A DNA stretch of 64,000 bases from Gordius albopunctatus. Its lineage: Eukaryota. Every line of letters starts with the position of its first letter. Position 1 is the stretch's first letter. The notes under the pieces were generated by a model. It did no database searches and was not told the DNA's origin. It was given only the letters and a program-made list of their open reading frames with translations. The position numbers and the translations under genes are program-made. This document shows positions 11,301 through 25,728 of the stretch, one piece after another. Location of the stretch: NCBI GenBank assembly GCA_964276515.1, contig OZ193909.1:10168001-10232000 (forward strand), given 5' to 3'.

Positions 11301-14300
11301 ACTTTCATCGGATGAATATGGTTTAATGGAAACAATTTTAAATATTTTTAGCTAAAAAAATATTTTTTTTGTTATTTTATGTAAAAGAGCTTGAAAAAAT
11401 ATATAAAAGTAAGCTAATTTGAGATTCCTATTAATCTCGATCGACTCCTTATAAGAAGTTTTAAGCTGCGAGAACTATCATTTTGAGGAAAGACAACGTT
11501 ATATTGTTGCGATTATCATCGCGACGAGAGTGCTGAATTTTTGAAACATGCTATATGCGATGATTATTTCAAAGTAATAGTTATCTAATTGTGATAAATT
11601 TTTACTTCTTATCATGAAAATCACGTCTGAAAATAACAACTTTCATCGGATGAATATGGTTTAATGGAAATAATTTTAAATATTTTGAGAGAAAATCATA
11701 TTTTTTGTTATTTTGTGTAAAAGAGCTTGAAAAAATATATAAAAGTAAGCTAATTTGAGATTCCTATTAATCTCGATCGACTCCTTATAAGAAGTTTTAA
11801 GCTGCGAGAACTATCATTTTGAGGAAAGACAACGTTATATTGTTGCGATTATCATCGCGACGATAGTGCTGAATTTTTGAAACATGCTATATGCGATGAT
11901 TATTTCAAAGTAATAGTTATCTAATTGTGATAAATTTTTACTTCTTATCATGAAAATCACGTCTGAAAATAACAACTTTCATCGGATGAATATGGTTTAA
12001 TGGAAATAATTTTAAATATTTTTAGCTAAAAAAATATTTTTTTTGTTATTTTATGTAAAAGAGCTTGAAAAAATATATAAAAGTAAGCTAATTTGAGATT
12101 CCTATTAATCTCGATCGACTCCTTATAATAAGTTTTAAGCTGCGAGAACTATCATTTTGAGGAAAGACAACGTTATATTGTTGCGATTATCATCGCGACG
12201 AGAGTGCTGAATTTTTGAAAAATGCTATATGCGATGATTATTTCAAAGTAATAGTTATCTAATTGTGATAAATTTTTACTTCTTATCATGAAAATCACGT
12301 CTGAAAATAACAACTTTCATCGGATGAATATGGTTTAATGGAAATAATTTTAAATATTTTTAGCTAAAAAAATATTTTTTTTGTTATTTTATGTAAAAGA
12401 GCTTGAAAAAATATATAAAAGTAAGCTAATTTGAGATTCCTATTAATCTCGATCGACTCCTTATAATAAGTTTTAAGCTGCGAGAACTATCATTTTGAGG
12501 AAAGACAACGTTATATTGTTGCGATTATCATCGCGACGAGAGTGCTGAATTTTTGAAACATGCTATATGCGATGATTATTTCAAAGTAATAGTTATCTAA
12601 TTGTGATAAATTTTTACTTCTTATCATGAAAATCACGTCTGAAAATAACAACTTTCATCGGATGAATATGGTTTAATGGAAATAATTTTAAATATTTTGA
12701 GCTGAAAAATATATTTTTTGTTATTTTGTGTAAAAGAGCTTGAATAAATATATAAAAGTATGCTAATTTGAGATTCATATTAATCTCAATCGACTCCTTA
12801 TAATAAGTTTTAAGCTGCGAGAACTATCATTTTGAGGAAAGACAACGTTATATTGTTGCGATTATCATCGCGACGAGAGTGCTGAATTTTTGAAACATAC
12901 TATATGCGATGATTATTTCAAAGTAATAGTTATCTAATTGTGATAAATTTTTACTTCTTATCATGAAAATCACGTCTGAAAATAACAACTTTCATCGGAT
13001 GAATATGGTTTAATGGAAACAATTTTAAATATTTTTAGCTAAAAAAATATTTTTTTTGTTATTTTATGTAAAAGAGCTTGAAAAAATATAAAAAAGTAAG
13101 CTAATTTGAGATTCCTATTAATCTCGATCGACTCCTTATAAGAAGTTTTAAGCTGCGAGAACTATCATTTTGTTGAGAGACAACGTTATATTGTTGCGAT
13201 TAGTTTGTTTCATCGCGACGAGACTGCTGAATTTTTGAAACATGCTATATGCGATGATTATCTCAAAGTAATAGTTATCTAATTGTGATAAATTTTTACT
13301 TCTTATCATGGAATACACGTCTGAAAATAACAACTTTCATCGGATGAATATGGTTTAATGGAAACAATTTTAAATATTTTTAGCTAAAAAAATATTTTTT
13401 TTGTTATTTTATGTAAAAGAGCTTGAAAAAATATATAAAAGTAAGCTAATTTGAGATTCCTATTAATCTCGATCGACTCCTTATAAGAAGTTTTAAGCTG
13501 CGAGAACTATCATTTTGAGGAAAGACAACGTTATATTGTTGCGATTATCATCGCGACGAGAGTGCTGAATTTTTGAAACATGCTATATGCGATGATTATT
13601 TCAAAGTAATAGTTATCTAATTGTGATAAATTTTTACTTCTTATCATGAAAATCACGTCTGAAAATAACAACTTTCATCGGATGAATATGGTTTAATGGA
13701 AATAATTTTAAATATTTTGAGAGAAAATCATATTTTTTGTTATTTTGTGTAAAAGAGCTTGAAAAAATATATAAAAGTAAGCTAATTTGAGATTCCTATT
13801 AATCTCGATCGACTCCTTATAAGAAGTTTTAAGCTGCGAGAACTATCATTTTGAGGAAAGACAACGTTATATTGTTGCGATTATCATCGCGACGATAGTG
13901 CTGAATTTTTGAAACATGCTATATGCGATGATTATTTCAAAGTAATAGTTATCTAATTGTGATAAATTTTTACTTCTTATCATGAAAATCACGTCTGAAA
14001 ATAACAACTTTCATCGGATGAATATGGTTTAATGGAAATAATTTTAAATATTTTTAGCTAAAAAAATATTTTTTTTGTTATTTTATGTAAAAGAGCTTGA
14101 AAAAATATATAAAAGTAAGCTAATTTGAGATTCCTATTAATCTCGATCGACTCCTTATAATAAGTTTTAAGCTGCGAGAACTATCATTTTGAGGAAAGAC
14201 AACGTTATATTGTTGCGATTATCATCGCGACGAGAGTGCTGAATTTTTGAAACATGCTATATGCGATGATTATTTCAAAGTAATAGTTATCTAATTGTGA

Positions 14301-17300
14301 TAAATTTTTACTTCTTATCATGAAAATCACGTCTGAAAATAACAACTTTCATCGGATGAATATGGTTTAATGGAAATAATTTTAAATATTTTTAGCTAAA
14401 AAAATATTTTTTTTGTTATTTTATGTAAAAGAGCTTGAAAAAATATATAAAAGTAAGCTAATTTGAGATTCCTATTAATCTCGATCGACTCCTTATAATA
14501 AGTTTTAAGCTGCGAGAACTATCATTTTAAGGAAAGACAACGTTATATTGTTGCGATTATCATCGCGACGAGAGTGCTGAATTTTTGAAACATGCTATAT
14601 GCGATGATTATTTCAAAGTAATAGTTATCTAATTGTGATAAATTTTTACTTCTTATCATGAAAATCACGTCTGAAAATAACAACTTTCATCGGATGAATA
14701 TGGTTTAATGGAAATAATTTTAAATATTTTGAGCTGAAAAATATATTTTTTGTTATTTTGTGTAAAAGAGCTTGAAAAAATATATAAAAGTATGCTAATT
14801 TGAGATTCATATTAATCTCAATCGACTCCTTATAATAAGTTTTAAGCTGCGAGAACTATCATTTTGAGGAAAGACAACGTTATATTGTTGCGATTATCAT
14901 CGCGACGAGAGTGCTGAATTTTTGAAACATGCTATATGCGATGATTATTTCAAAGTAATAGTTATCTAATTGTGATAAATTTTTACTTCTTATCATGAAA
15001 ATCACGTCTGAAAATAACAACTTTCATCGGATGAATATGGTTTAATGGAAACAATTTTAAATATTTTTAGCTAAAAAAATATTTTTTTTGTTATTTTATG
15101 TAAAAGAGCTTGAAAAAATATATAAAAGTAAGCTAATTTGAGATTCCTATTAATCTCGATCGACTCCTTATAAGAAGTTTTAAGCTGCGAGAACTATCAT
15201 TTTGTTGAGAGACAACGTTATATTGTGCGATTAGTTTGTTTCATCGCGACGAGACTGCTGAATTTTTGAAACATGCTATATGCGATGATTATCTCAAAGT
15301 AATAGTTATCTAATTGTGATAAATTTTTACTTCTTATCATGGAATACACGTCTGAAAATAACAACTTTCATCGGATGAATATGGTTTAATGGAAACAATT
15401 TTAAATATTTTTAGCTAAAAAAATATTTTTTTTGTTATTTTATGTAAAAGAGCTTGAAAAAATATAAAAAAGTAAGCTAATTTGAGATTCCTATTAATCT
15501 CGATCGACTCCTTATAAGAAGTTTTAAGCTGCGAGAACTATCATTTTGTTGAGAGACAACGTTATATTGTTGCGATTAGTTTGTTTCATCGCGACGAGAC
15601 TGCTGAATTTTTGAAACATGCTATATGCGATGATTATCTCAAAGTAATAGTTATCTAATTGTGATAAATTTTTACTTCTTATCATGGAATACACGTCTGA
15701 AAATAACAACTTTCATCGGATGAATATGGTTTAATGGAAACAATTTTAAATATTTTTAGCTAAAAAAATATTTTTTTTGTTATTTTATGTAAAAGAGCTT
15801 GAAAAAATATATAAAAGTAAGCTAATTTGAGATTCCTATTAATCTCGATCGACTCCTTATAAGAAGTTTTAAGCTGCGAGAACTATCATTTTGAGGAAAG
15901 ACAACGTTATATTGTTGCGATTATCATCGCGACGATAGTGCTGAATTTTTGAAACATGCTATATGCGATGATTATTTCAAAGTAATAGTTATCTAATTGT
16001 GATAAATTTTTACTTCTTATCATGAAAATCACGTCTGAAAATAACAACTTTCATCGGATGAATATGGTTTAATGGAAATAATTTTAAATATTTTGAGCTG
16101 AAAAATATATTTTTTGTTATTTTGTGTAAAAGAGCTTGAAAAAATATATAAAAGTATGCTAATTTGAGATTCATATTAATCTCAATCGACTCCTTATAAT
16201 AAGTTTTAAGCTGCGAGAACTATCATTTTGAGGAAAGACAACGTTATATTGTTGCGATTATCATCGCGACGAGAGTGCTGAATTTTTGAAACATGCTATA
16301 TGCGATGATTATTTCAAAGTAATAGTTATCTAATTGTGATAAATTTTTACTTCTTATCATGAAAATCACGTCTGAAAATAACAACTTTCATCGGATGAAT
16401 ATGGTTTAATGGAAATAATTTTAAATATTTTGAGAGAAAATCATATTTTTTGTTATTTTGTGTAAAAGAGCTTGAAAAAATATATAAAAGTAAGCTAATT
16501 TGAGATTCCTATTAATCTCGATCGACTCCTTATAAGAAGTTTTAAGCTGCGAGAACTATCATTTTGAGGAAAGACAACGTTATATTGTTGCGATTATCAT
16601 CGCGACGATAGTGCTGAATTTTTGAAACATGCTATATGCGATGATTATTTCAAAGTAATAGTTATCTAATTGTGATAAATTTTTACTTCTTATCATGAAA
16701 ATCACGTCTGAAAATAACAACTTTCATCGGATGAATATGGTTTAATGGAAATAATTTTAAATATTTTTAGCTAAAAAAATATTTTTTTTGTTATTTTATG
16801 TAAAAGAGCTTGAAAAAATATATAAAAGTAAGCTAATTTGAGATTCCTATTAATCTCGATCGACTCCTTATAATAAGTTTTAAGCTGCGAGAACTATCAT
16901 TTTGAGGAAAGACAACGTTATATTGTTGCGATTATCATCGCGACGAGAGTGCTGAATTTTTGAAACATGCTATATGCGATGATTATTTCAAAGTAATAGT
17001 TATCTAATTGTGATAAATTTTTACTTCTTATCATGAAAATCACGTCTGAAAATAACAACTTTCATCGGATGAATATGGTTTAATGGAAATAATTTTAAAT
17101 ATTTTTAGCTAAAAAAATATTTTTTTTGTTATTTTATGTAAAAGAGCTTGAAAAAATATATAAAAGTAAGCTAATTTGAGATTCCTATTAATCTCGATCG
17201 ACTCCTTATAATAAGTTTTAAGCTGCGAGAACTATCATTTTAAGGAAAGACAACGTTATATTGTTGCGATTATCATCGCGACGAGAGTGCTGAATTTTTG

Positions 17301-18800
17301 AAACATGCTATATGCGATGATTATTTCAAAGTAATAGTTATCTAATTGTGATAAATTTTTACTTCTTATCATGAAAATCACGTCTGAAAATAACAACTTT
17401 CATCGGATGAATATGGTTTAATGGAAATAATTTTAAATATTTTGAGCTGAAAAATATATTTTTTGTTATTTTGTGTAAAAGAGCTTGAAAAAATATATAA
17501 AAGTATGCTAATTTGAGATTCATATTAATCTCAATCGACTCCTTATAATAAGTTTTAAGCTGCGAGAACTATCATTTTGAGGAAAGACAACGTTATATTG
17601 TTGCGATTATCATCGCGACGAGAGTGCTGAATTTTTGAAACATGCTATATGCGATGATTATTTCAAAGTAATAGTTATCTAATTGTGATAAATTTTTACT
17701 TCTTATCATGAAAATCACGTCTGAAAATAACAACTTTCATCGGATGAATATGGTTTAATGGAAACAATTTTAAATATTTTTAGCTAAAAAAATATTTTTT
17801 TTGTTATTTTATGTAAAAGAGCTTGAAAAAATATATAAAAGTAAGCTAATTTGAGATTCCTATTAATCTCGATCGACTCCTTATAAGAAGTTTTAAGCTG
17901 CGAGAACTATCATTTTGTTGAGAGACAACGTTATATTGTGCGATTAGTTTGTTTCATCGCGACGAGACTGCTGAATTTTTGAAACATGCTATATGCGATG
18001 ATTATCTCAAAGTAATAGTTATCTAATTGTGATAAATTTTTACTTCTTATCATGGAATACACGTCTGAAAATAACAACTTTCATCGGATGAATATGGTTT
18101 AATGGAAACAATTTTAAATATTTTTAGCTAAAAAAATATTTTTTTTGTTATTTTATGTAAAAGAGCTTGAAAAAATATAAAAAAGTAAGCTAATTTGAGA
18201 TTCCTATTAATCTCGATCGACTCCTTATAAGAAGTTTTAAGCTGCGAGAACTATCATTTTGTTGAGAGACAACGTTATATTGTTGCGATTAGTTTGTTTC
18301 ATCGCGACGAGACTGCTGAATTTTTGAAACATGCTATATGCGATGATTATCTCAAAGTAATAGTTATCTAATTGTGATAAATTTTTACTTCTTATCATGG
18401 AATACACGTCTGAAAATAACAACTTTCATCGGATGAATATGGTTTAATGGAAACAATTTTAAATATTTTTAGCTAAAAAAATATTTTTTTTGTTATTTTA
18501 TGTAAAAGAGCTTGAAAAAATATATAAAAGTAAGCTAATTTGAGATTCCTATTAATCTCGATCGACTCCTTATAAGAAGTTTTAAGCTGCGAGAACTATC
18601 ATTTTGAGGAAAGACAACGTTATATTGTTGCGATTATCATCGCGACGATAGTGCTGAATTTTTGAAACATGCTATATGCGATGATTATTTCAAAGTAATA
18701 GTTATCTAATTGTGATAAATTTTTACTTCTTATCATGAAAATCACGTCTGAAAATAACAACTTTCATCGGATGAATATGGTTTAATGGAAATAATTTTAA
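8395..18800. repeat. Variable-length higher-order repeat domain (7-, 6- and 8-monomer units)
   Basis: The marker GAGAGAAAATCATA at 9311, 11687, 13719 and 16432 gives spacings of 2376, 2032 and 2713. The 1-bp deletion TATTGTGCG (15221/17934) and TTTTAAGGAAAG (14529/17242) are also 2713 apart. Confidence 0.85.
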
Positions 18801-21800
18801 ATATTTTGAGAGAAAAATATATTTTTTGTTATTTTGTGTAAAAGAGCTTGAAAAAATATATAAAAGTAAGCTAATTTGAGATTCCTATTAATCTCGATCG
18901 ACTCCTTATAAGAAGTTTTAAGCTGCGAGAACTATCATTTTGAGGAAAGACAACGTTATATTGTTGCGATTATCATCGCGACGAGAGTGCTGAATTTTTG
19001 AAACATGCTATATGCGATGATTATTTCAAAGTAATAGTTATCTAATTGTGATAAATTTTTACTTCTTATCATGAAAATCACGTCTGAAAATAACAACTTT
19101 CATCGGATGAATATGGTTTAATGGAAATAATTTTAAATATTTTGAGCTGAAAAATATATTTTTTGTTATTTTGTGTAAAAGAGCTTGAAAAAATATATAA
19201 AAGTATGGTAATTTGAGATTCATATTAATCTCAATCGACTCCTTATAATAAGTTTTAAGCTGCGAGAACTATCATTTTGAGGAAAGACAACGTTATATTG
19301 TTGCGATTATCATCGCGACGAGAGTGCTGAATTTTTGAAACATGCTATATGCGATGATTATTTCAAAGTAATAGTTATCTAATTGTGATAAATTTTTACT
19401 TCTTATCATGAAAATCACGTCTGAAAATAACAACTTTCATCGGATGAATATGGTTTAATGGAAACAATTTTAAATATTTTTAGCTAAAAAAATATTTTTT
19501 GTTATTTTATGTAAAAGAGCTTGAAAAAATATATAAAAGTAAGCTAATTTGAGATTCCTATTAATCTCGATCGACTCCTTATAAGAAGTTTTAAGCTGCG
19601 AGAACTATCATTTTGAGGAAAGACAACGTTATATTGTCGCGATTATCATCGCGACGAGAGTGCCGAATTTTTGAAACATGCTATATGCGATGATTATTTC
19701 AAAGTAATAGTTATCTAATTGTGATAAATTTTTACTTCTTATCATGAAAATCACGTCTGAAAATAACAACTTTCATCGGATGAATATGGTTTAATGGAAA
19801 CAATTTTAAATATTTTTAGCTAAAAAAATATTTTTTTTGTTATTTTATGTAAAAGAGCTTGAAAAAATATATAAAAGTAAGCTAATTTGAGATGTCTATT
19901 AATCTCGATCGACTCCTTATAAGAAGTTTTAAGCTGCGAGAACTATCATTTTGTTGAGAGACAACGTTATATTGTTGCGATTAGTTTGTTTCATCGCGAC
20001 GAGACTGCTGAATTTTTGAAACATGCTATATGCGATGATTATCTCAAAGTAATAGTTATCTAATTGTGATAAATTTTTACTTCTTATCATGGAATACACG
20101 TCTGAAAATAACAACTTTCATCGGATGAATATGGTTTAATGGAAACAATTTTAAATATTTTTAGCTAAAAAAATATTTTTTTTGTTATTTTATGTAAAAG
20201 AGCTTGAAAAAATATATAAAAGTAAGCTAATTTGAGATTCCTATTAATCTCGATCGACTCCTTATAAGAAGTTTTAAGCTGCGAGAACTATCATTTTGAG
20301 GAAAGACAACGTTATATTGTCGCGATTATCATCGCGACGAGAGTGCTGAATTTTTGAAACATGCTATATGCGATGATTATTTCAAAGTAATAGTTATCTA
20401 ATTGTGATAAATTTTTACTTCTTATCATGAAAATCACGTCTGAAAATAACAACTTTCATCGGATGAATATGGTTTAATGGAAATAATTTTAAATATTTTG
20501 AGCTGAAAAATATATTTTTTGTTATTTTGTGTAAAAGAGCTTGAAAAAATATATAAAAGTATGCTAATTTGAGATTCATATTAATCTCAATCGACTCCTT
20601 ATAATAAGTTTTAAGCTGCGAGAACTATCATTTTGAGGAAAGACAACGTTATATTGTTGCGATTATCATCGCGACGAGAGTGCTGAATTTTTGAAACATA
20701 CTATATGCGATGATTATTTCAAAGTAATAGCTATCTAATTGTGATAAATTTTTACTTCTTATCATGAAAATCACGTCTGAAAATAACAACTTTCATCGGA
20801 TGAATATGGTTTAATGGAAACAATTTTAAATATTTTTAGCTAAAAAAATATTTTTTTTGTTATTTTATGTAAAAGAGCTTGAAAAAATATATAAAAGTAA
20901 GCTAATTTGAGATTCCTATTAATCTCGATCGACTCCTTATAAGAAGTTTTAAGCTGCGAGAACTATCATTTTGTTGAGAGACAACGTTATATTGTTGCGA
21001 TTAGTTTGTTTCATCGCGACGAGACTGCTGAATTTTTGAAACATGCTATATGCGATGATTATCTCAAAGTAATAGTTATCTAATTGTGATAAATTTTTAC
21101 TTCTTATCATGGAATACACGTCTGAAAATAACAACTTTCATCGGATGAATATGGTTTAATGGAAACAATTTTAAATATTTTTAGCTAAAAAAATATTTTT
21201 TTTGTTATTTTATGTAAAAGAGCTTGAAAAAATATAAAAAAGTAAGCTAATTTGAGATTCCTATTAATCTCGATCGACTCCTTATAAGAAGTTTTAAGCT
21301 GCGAGAACTATCATTTTGTTGAGAGACAACGTTATATTGCTGCGATTAGTTTGTTTCATCGCGACGAGACTGCTGAATTTTTGAAACATGCTATATGCGA
21401 TGATTATTTCAAAGTAATAGTTATCTAATTGTGATAAATTTTTACTTCTTATCATGAAAATCACGTCTGAAAATAACAACTTTCATCGGATGAATATGGT
21501 TTAATGGAAATAATTTTAAATATTTTGAGCTGAAAAATATATTTTTTGTTATTTTATGTAAAAGAGCTTGAAAAAATATATAAAAGTAAGCTAATTTGAG
21601 ATTCCTATTAATCTCGATCGACTCCTTATAAGAAGTTTTAAGCTGCGAGAACTATCATTTTGAGGAAAGACAACGTTATATTGTTGCGATTAGTTTGTTT
21701 CATCGCGACGAGAGTGCTGAATTTTTGAAACATGCTATATGCGATGATTATTTCAAAGTAATAGTTATCTAATTGTGATAAATTTTTACTTCTTATCATG

Positions 21801-24800
21801 AAAATCACGTCTGAAAATAACAACTTTCATCGGATGAATATGGTTTAATGGAAATAATTTTAAATATTTTGAGCTGAAAAATATATTTTTTGTTATTTTG
21901 TGTAAAAGAGCTTGAAAAAATATATAAAAGTATGCTAATTTGAGATTCATATTAATCTCAATCGACTCCTTATAATAAGTTTTAAGCTGCGAGAACTATC
22001 ATTTTGAGGAAAGACAACGTTATATTGTTGCCTTTATCATCGCGACGAGAGTGCTGAATTTTTGAAACATACTATATGCGATGATTATTTCAAAGTAATA
22101 GTTATCTAATTGTGATAAATTTTTACTTCTTATCATGAAAATCACGTCTGAAAATAACAACTTTCATCGGATGAATATGGTTTAATGGAAACAATTTTAA
22201 ATATTTTTAGCTAAAAAAATATTTTTTTTGTTATTTTATGTAAAAGAGCTTGAAAAAATATATAAAAGTAAGCTAATTTGAGATTCCTATTAATCTCGAT
22301 CGACTCCTTATAAGAAGTTTTAAGCTGCGAGAACTATCATTTTGTTGAGAGACAACGTTATATTGTTGCGATTAGTTTGTTTCATCGCGACGAGACTGCT
22401 GAATTTTTGAAACATGCTATATGCGATGATTATCTCAAAGTAATAGTTATCTAATTGTGATAAATTTTTACTTCTTATCATGGAATACACGTCTGAAAAT
22501 AACAACTTTCATCGGATGAATATGGTTTAATGGAAACAATTTTAAATATTTTTAGCTAAAAAAATATTTTTTTTGTTATTTTATGTAAAAGAGCTTGAAA
22601 AAATATAAAAAAGTAAGCTAATTTGAGATTCCTATTAATCTCGATCGACTCCTTATAAGAAGTTTTAAGCTGCGAGAACTATCATTTTGTTGAGAGACAA
22701 CGTTATATTGTTGCGATTAGTTTGTTTCATCGCGACGAGACTGCTGAATTTTTGAAACATGCTATATGCGATGATTATCTCAAAGTAATAGTTATCTAAT
22801 TGTGATAAATTTTTACTTCTTATCATGGAATACACGTCTGAAAATAACAACTTTCATCGGATGAATATAGTTTAATGGAAACAATTTTAAATATTTTTAG
22901 CTAAAAAAATATTTTTTTTGTTATTTTATGTAAAAGAGCTTGAAAAAATATATAAAAGTAAGCTAATTTGAGATGTCTATTAATCTCGATCGACTCCTTA
23001 TAAGAAGTTTTAAGCTGCGAGAACTATCATTTTGTTGAGAGACAACGTTATATTGTTGCGATTAGTTTGTTTCATCGCGACGAGACTGCTGAATTTTTGA
23101 AACATGCTATATGCGATGATTATCTCAAAGTAATAGTTATCTAATTGTGATAAATTTTTACTTCTTATCATGGAATACACGTCTGAAAATAACAACTTTC
23201 ATCGGATGAATATGGTTTAATGGAAATAATTTTAAATATTTTGAGAGAAAATCATATTTTTTGTTATTTTGTGTAAAAGAGCTTGAAAAAATATATAAAA
23301 GTAAGCTAATTTGAGATTCCTATTAATCTCGATCGACTCCTTATAAGAAGTTTTAAGCTGCGAGAACTATCATTTTGAGGAAAGACAACGTTATATTGTT
23401 GCGATTATCATCGCGACGATAGTGCTGAATTTTTGAAACATGCTATATGCGATGATTATTTCAAAGTAATAGTTATCTAATTGTGATAAATTTTTACTTC
23501 TTATCATGAAAATCACGTCTGAAAATAACAACTTTCATCGGATGAATATGGTTTAATGGAAATAATTTTAAATATTTTTAGCTAAAAAAATATTTTTTTT
23601 GTTATTTTATGTAAAAGAGCTTGAAAAAATATATAAAAGTAAGCTAATTTGAGATTCCTATTAATCTCGATCGACTCCTTATAATAAGTTTTAAGCTGCG
23701 AGAACTATCATTTTGAGGAAAGACAACGTTATATTGTTGCGATTATCATCGCGACGAGAGTGCTGAATTTTTGAAACATGCTATATGCGATGATTATTTC
23801 AAAGTAATAGTTATCTAATTGTGATAAATTTTTACTTCTTATCATGAAAATCACGTCTGAAAATAACAACTTTCATCGGATGAATATGGTTTAATGGAAA
23901 TAATTTTAAATATTTTTAGCTAAAAAAATATTTTTTTTGTTATTTTATGTAAAAGAGCTTGAAAAAATATATAAAAGTAAGCTAATTTGAGATTCCTATT
24001 AATCTCGATCGACTCCTTATAATAAGTTTTAAGCTGCGAGAACTATCATTTTGAGGAAAGACAACGTTATATTGTTGCGATTATCATCGCGACGAGAGTG
24101 CTGAATTTTTGAAACATGCTATATGCGATGATTATTTCAAAGTAATAGTTATCTAATTGTGATAAATTTTTACTTCTTATCATGAAAATCACGTCTGAAA
24201 ATAACAACTTTCATCGGATGAATATGGTTTAATGGAAATAATTTTAAATATTTTGAGCTGAAAAATATATTTTTTGTTATTTTGTGTAAAAGAGCTTGAA
24301 AAAATATATAAAAATATGCTAATTTGAGATTCATATTAATCTCAATCGACTCCTTATAATAAGTTTTAAGCTGCGAGAACTATTATTTTGAGGAAAGACA
24401 ACGTTATATTGTTGCGATTAGTTTGTTTCATCGCGACGAGAGTGCTGAATTTTTGAAACATGCTATATGCGATGATTATTTCAAAGTAATAGTTATCTAA
24501 TTGTGATAAATTTTTACTTCTTATCATGAAAATCACGTCTGAAAATAACAACTTTCATCGGATGAATATGGTTTAATGGAAATAATTTTAAATATTTTGA
24601 GCTGAAAAATATATTTTTTGTTATTTTGTGTAAAAGAGCTTGAAAAAATATATAAAAGTATGCTAATTTGAGATTCCTATTAATCTCGATCGACTCCTTA
24701 TAATAAGTTTTAAGCTGCGAGAACTATCATTTTGAGGAAAGACAACGCTTTATTGTTGCGATTATCATCGCGACGAGAGTGCTGAATTTTTGAAACATGC

Positions 24801-25384
24801 TATATGCGATGATTATTTCAAAGTAATAGTTATCTAATTGTGATAAATTTTTACTTCTTATCATGAAAATCACGTCTGAAAATAACAACTTTCATCGGAT
24901 GAATATGGTTTAATGGAAATAATTTTAAATATTTTTAGCTAAAAAAATATTTTTTTTGTTATTTTATGTAAAAGAGCTTGAAAAAATATATAAAAGTAAG
25001 CTAATTTGAGATTCCTATTAATCTCGATCGACTCCTTATAAGAAGTTTTAAGCTGCGAGAACTATCATTTTGAGGAAAGACAACGTTATATTGTTGCGAT
25101 TATCATCGCGACGATAGTGCTGAATTTTTGAAACATGCTATATGCGATGATTATTTCAAAGTAATAGTTATCTAATTGTGATAAATTTTTACTTCTTATC
25201 ATGAAAATCACGTCTGAAAATAACAACTTTCATCGGATGAATATGGTTTAATGGAAATAATTTTAAATATTTTGAGCTGAAAAATATATTTTTTGTTATT
25301 TTGTGTAAAAGAGCTTGAAAAAATATATAAAAGTATGCTAATTTGAGATTCCTATTAATCTCGATCGACTCCTTATAATAAGTT

Positions 25385-25728
25385 TTAAGCTGCGAGAACT
25401 ATTATTTTGAGGAAAGACAACGTTATATTGTTGCGATTAGTTTGTTTCATCGCGACGAGAGTGCTGAATTTTTGAAACATGCTATATGCGATGATTATTT
25501 CAAAGTAATAGTTATCTAATTGTGATAAATTTTTACTTCTTATCATGAAAATCACGTCTGAAAATAACAACTTTCATCGGATGAATATGGTTTAATGGAA
25601 ATAATTTTAAATATTTTGAGCTGAAAAATATATTTTTTGTTATTTTGTGTAAAAGAGCTTGAAAAAATATATAAAAGTAAGCTAATTTGAGATTCCTATT
25701 AATCTCGATCGACTCCTTATAAGAAGTT
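25385..25728. repeat. Representative long type-B monomer (344 bp; CTATTATTTTGAGG, +7 bp, GAGAGTG, TTATTTCA, GAAAATCAC)
   Basis: It carries the 7-bp insertion on a short-type background plus a private C>T (ACTATTATT). It is seen at 2266, 24366, 25385, 27749, 29777, 31134, 33174, 36897, 39267, 42994, 47054, 51451 and 54151. Confidence 0.93.

Noticed and set aside
19484..19501. Homopolymer length differences as mere sequencing error
   Set aside because: The shortened T-tract recurs in a similar monomer context (~19.5, 35.8, 45.6, 50.0 and 55.1 kb), so at least this variant is inherited. Singleton tract changes (e.g. ~6930, ~11010) remain unverified and were not used as markers.
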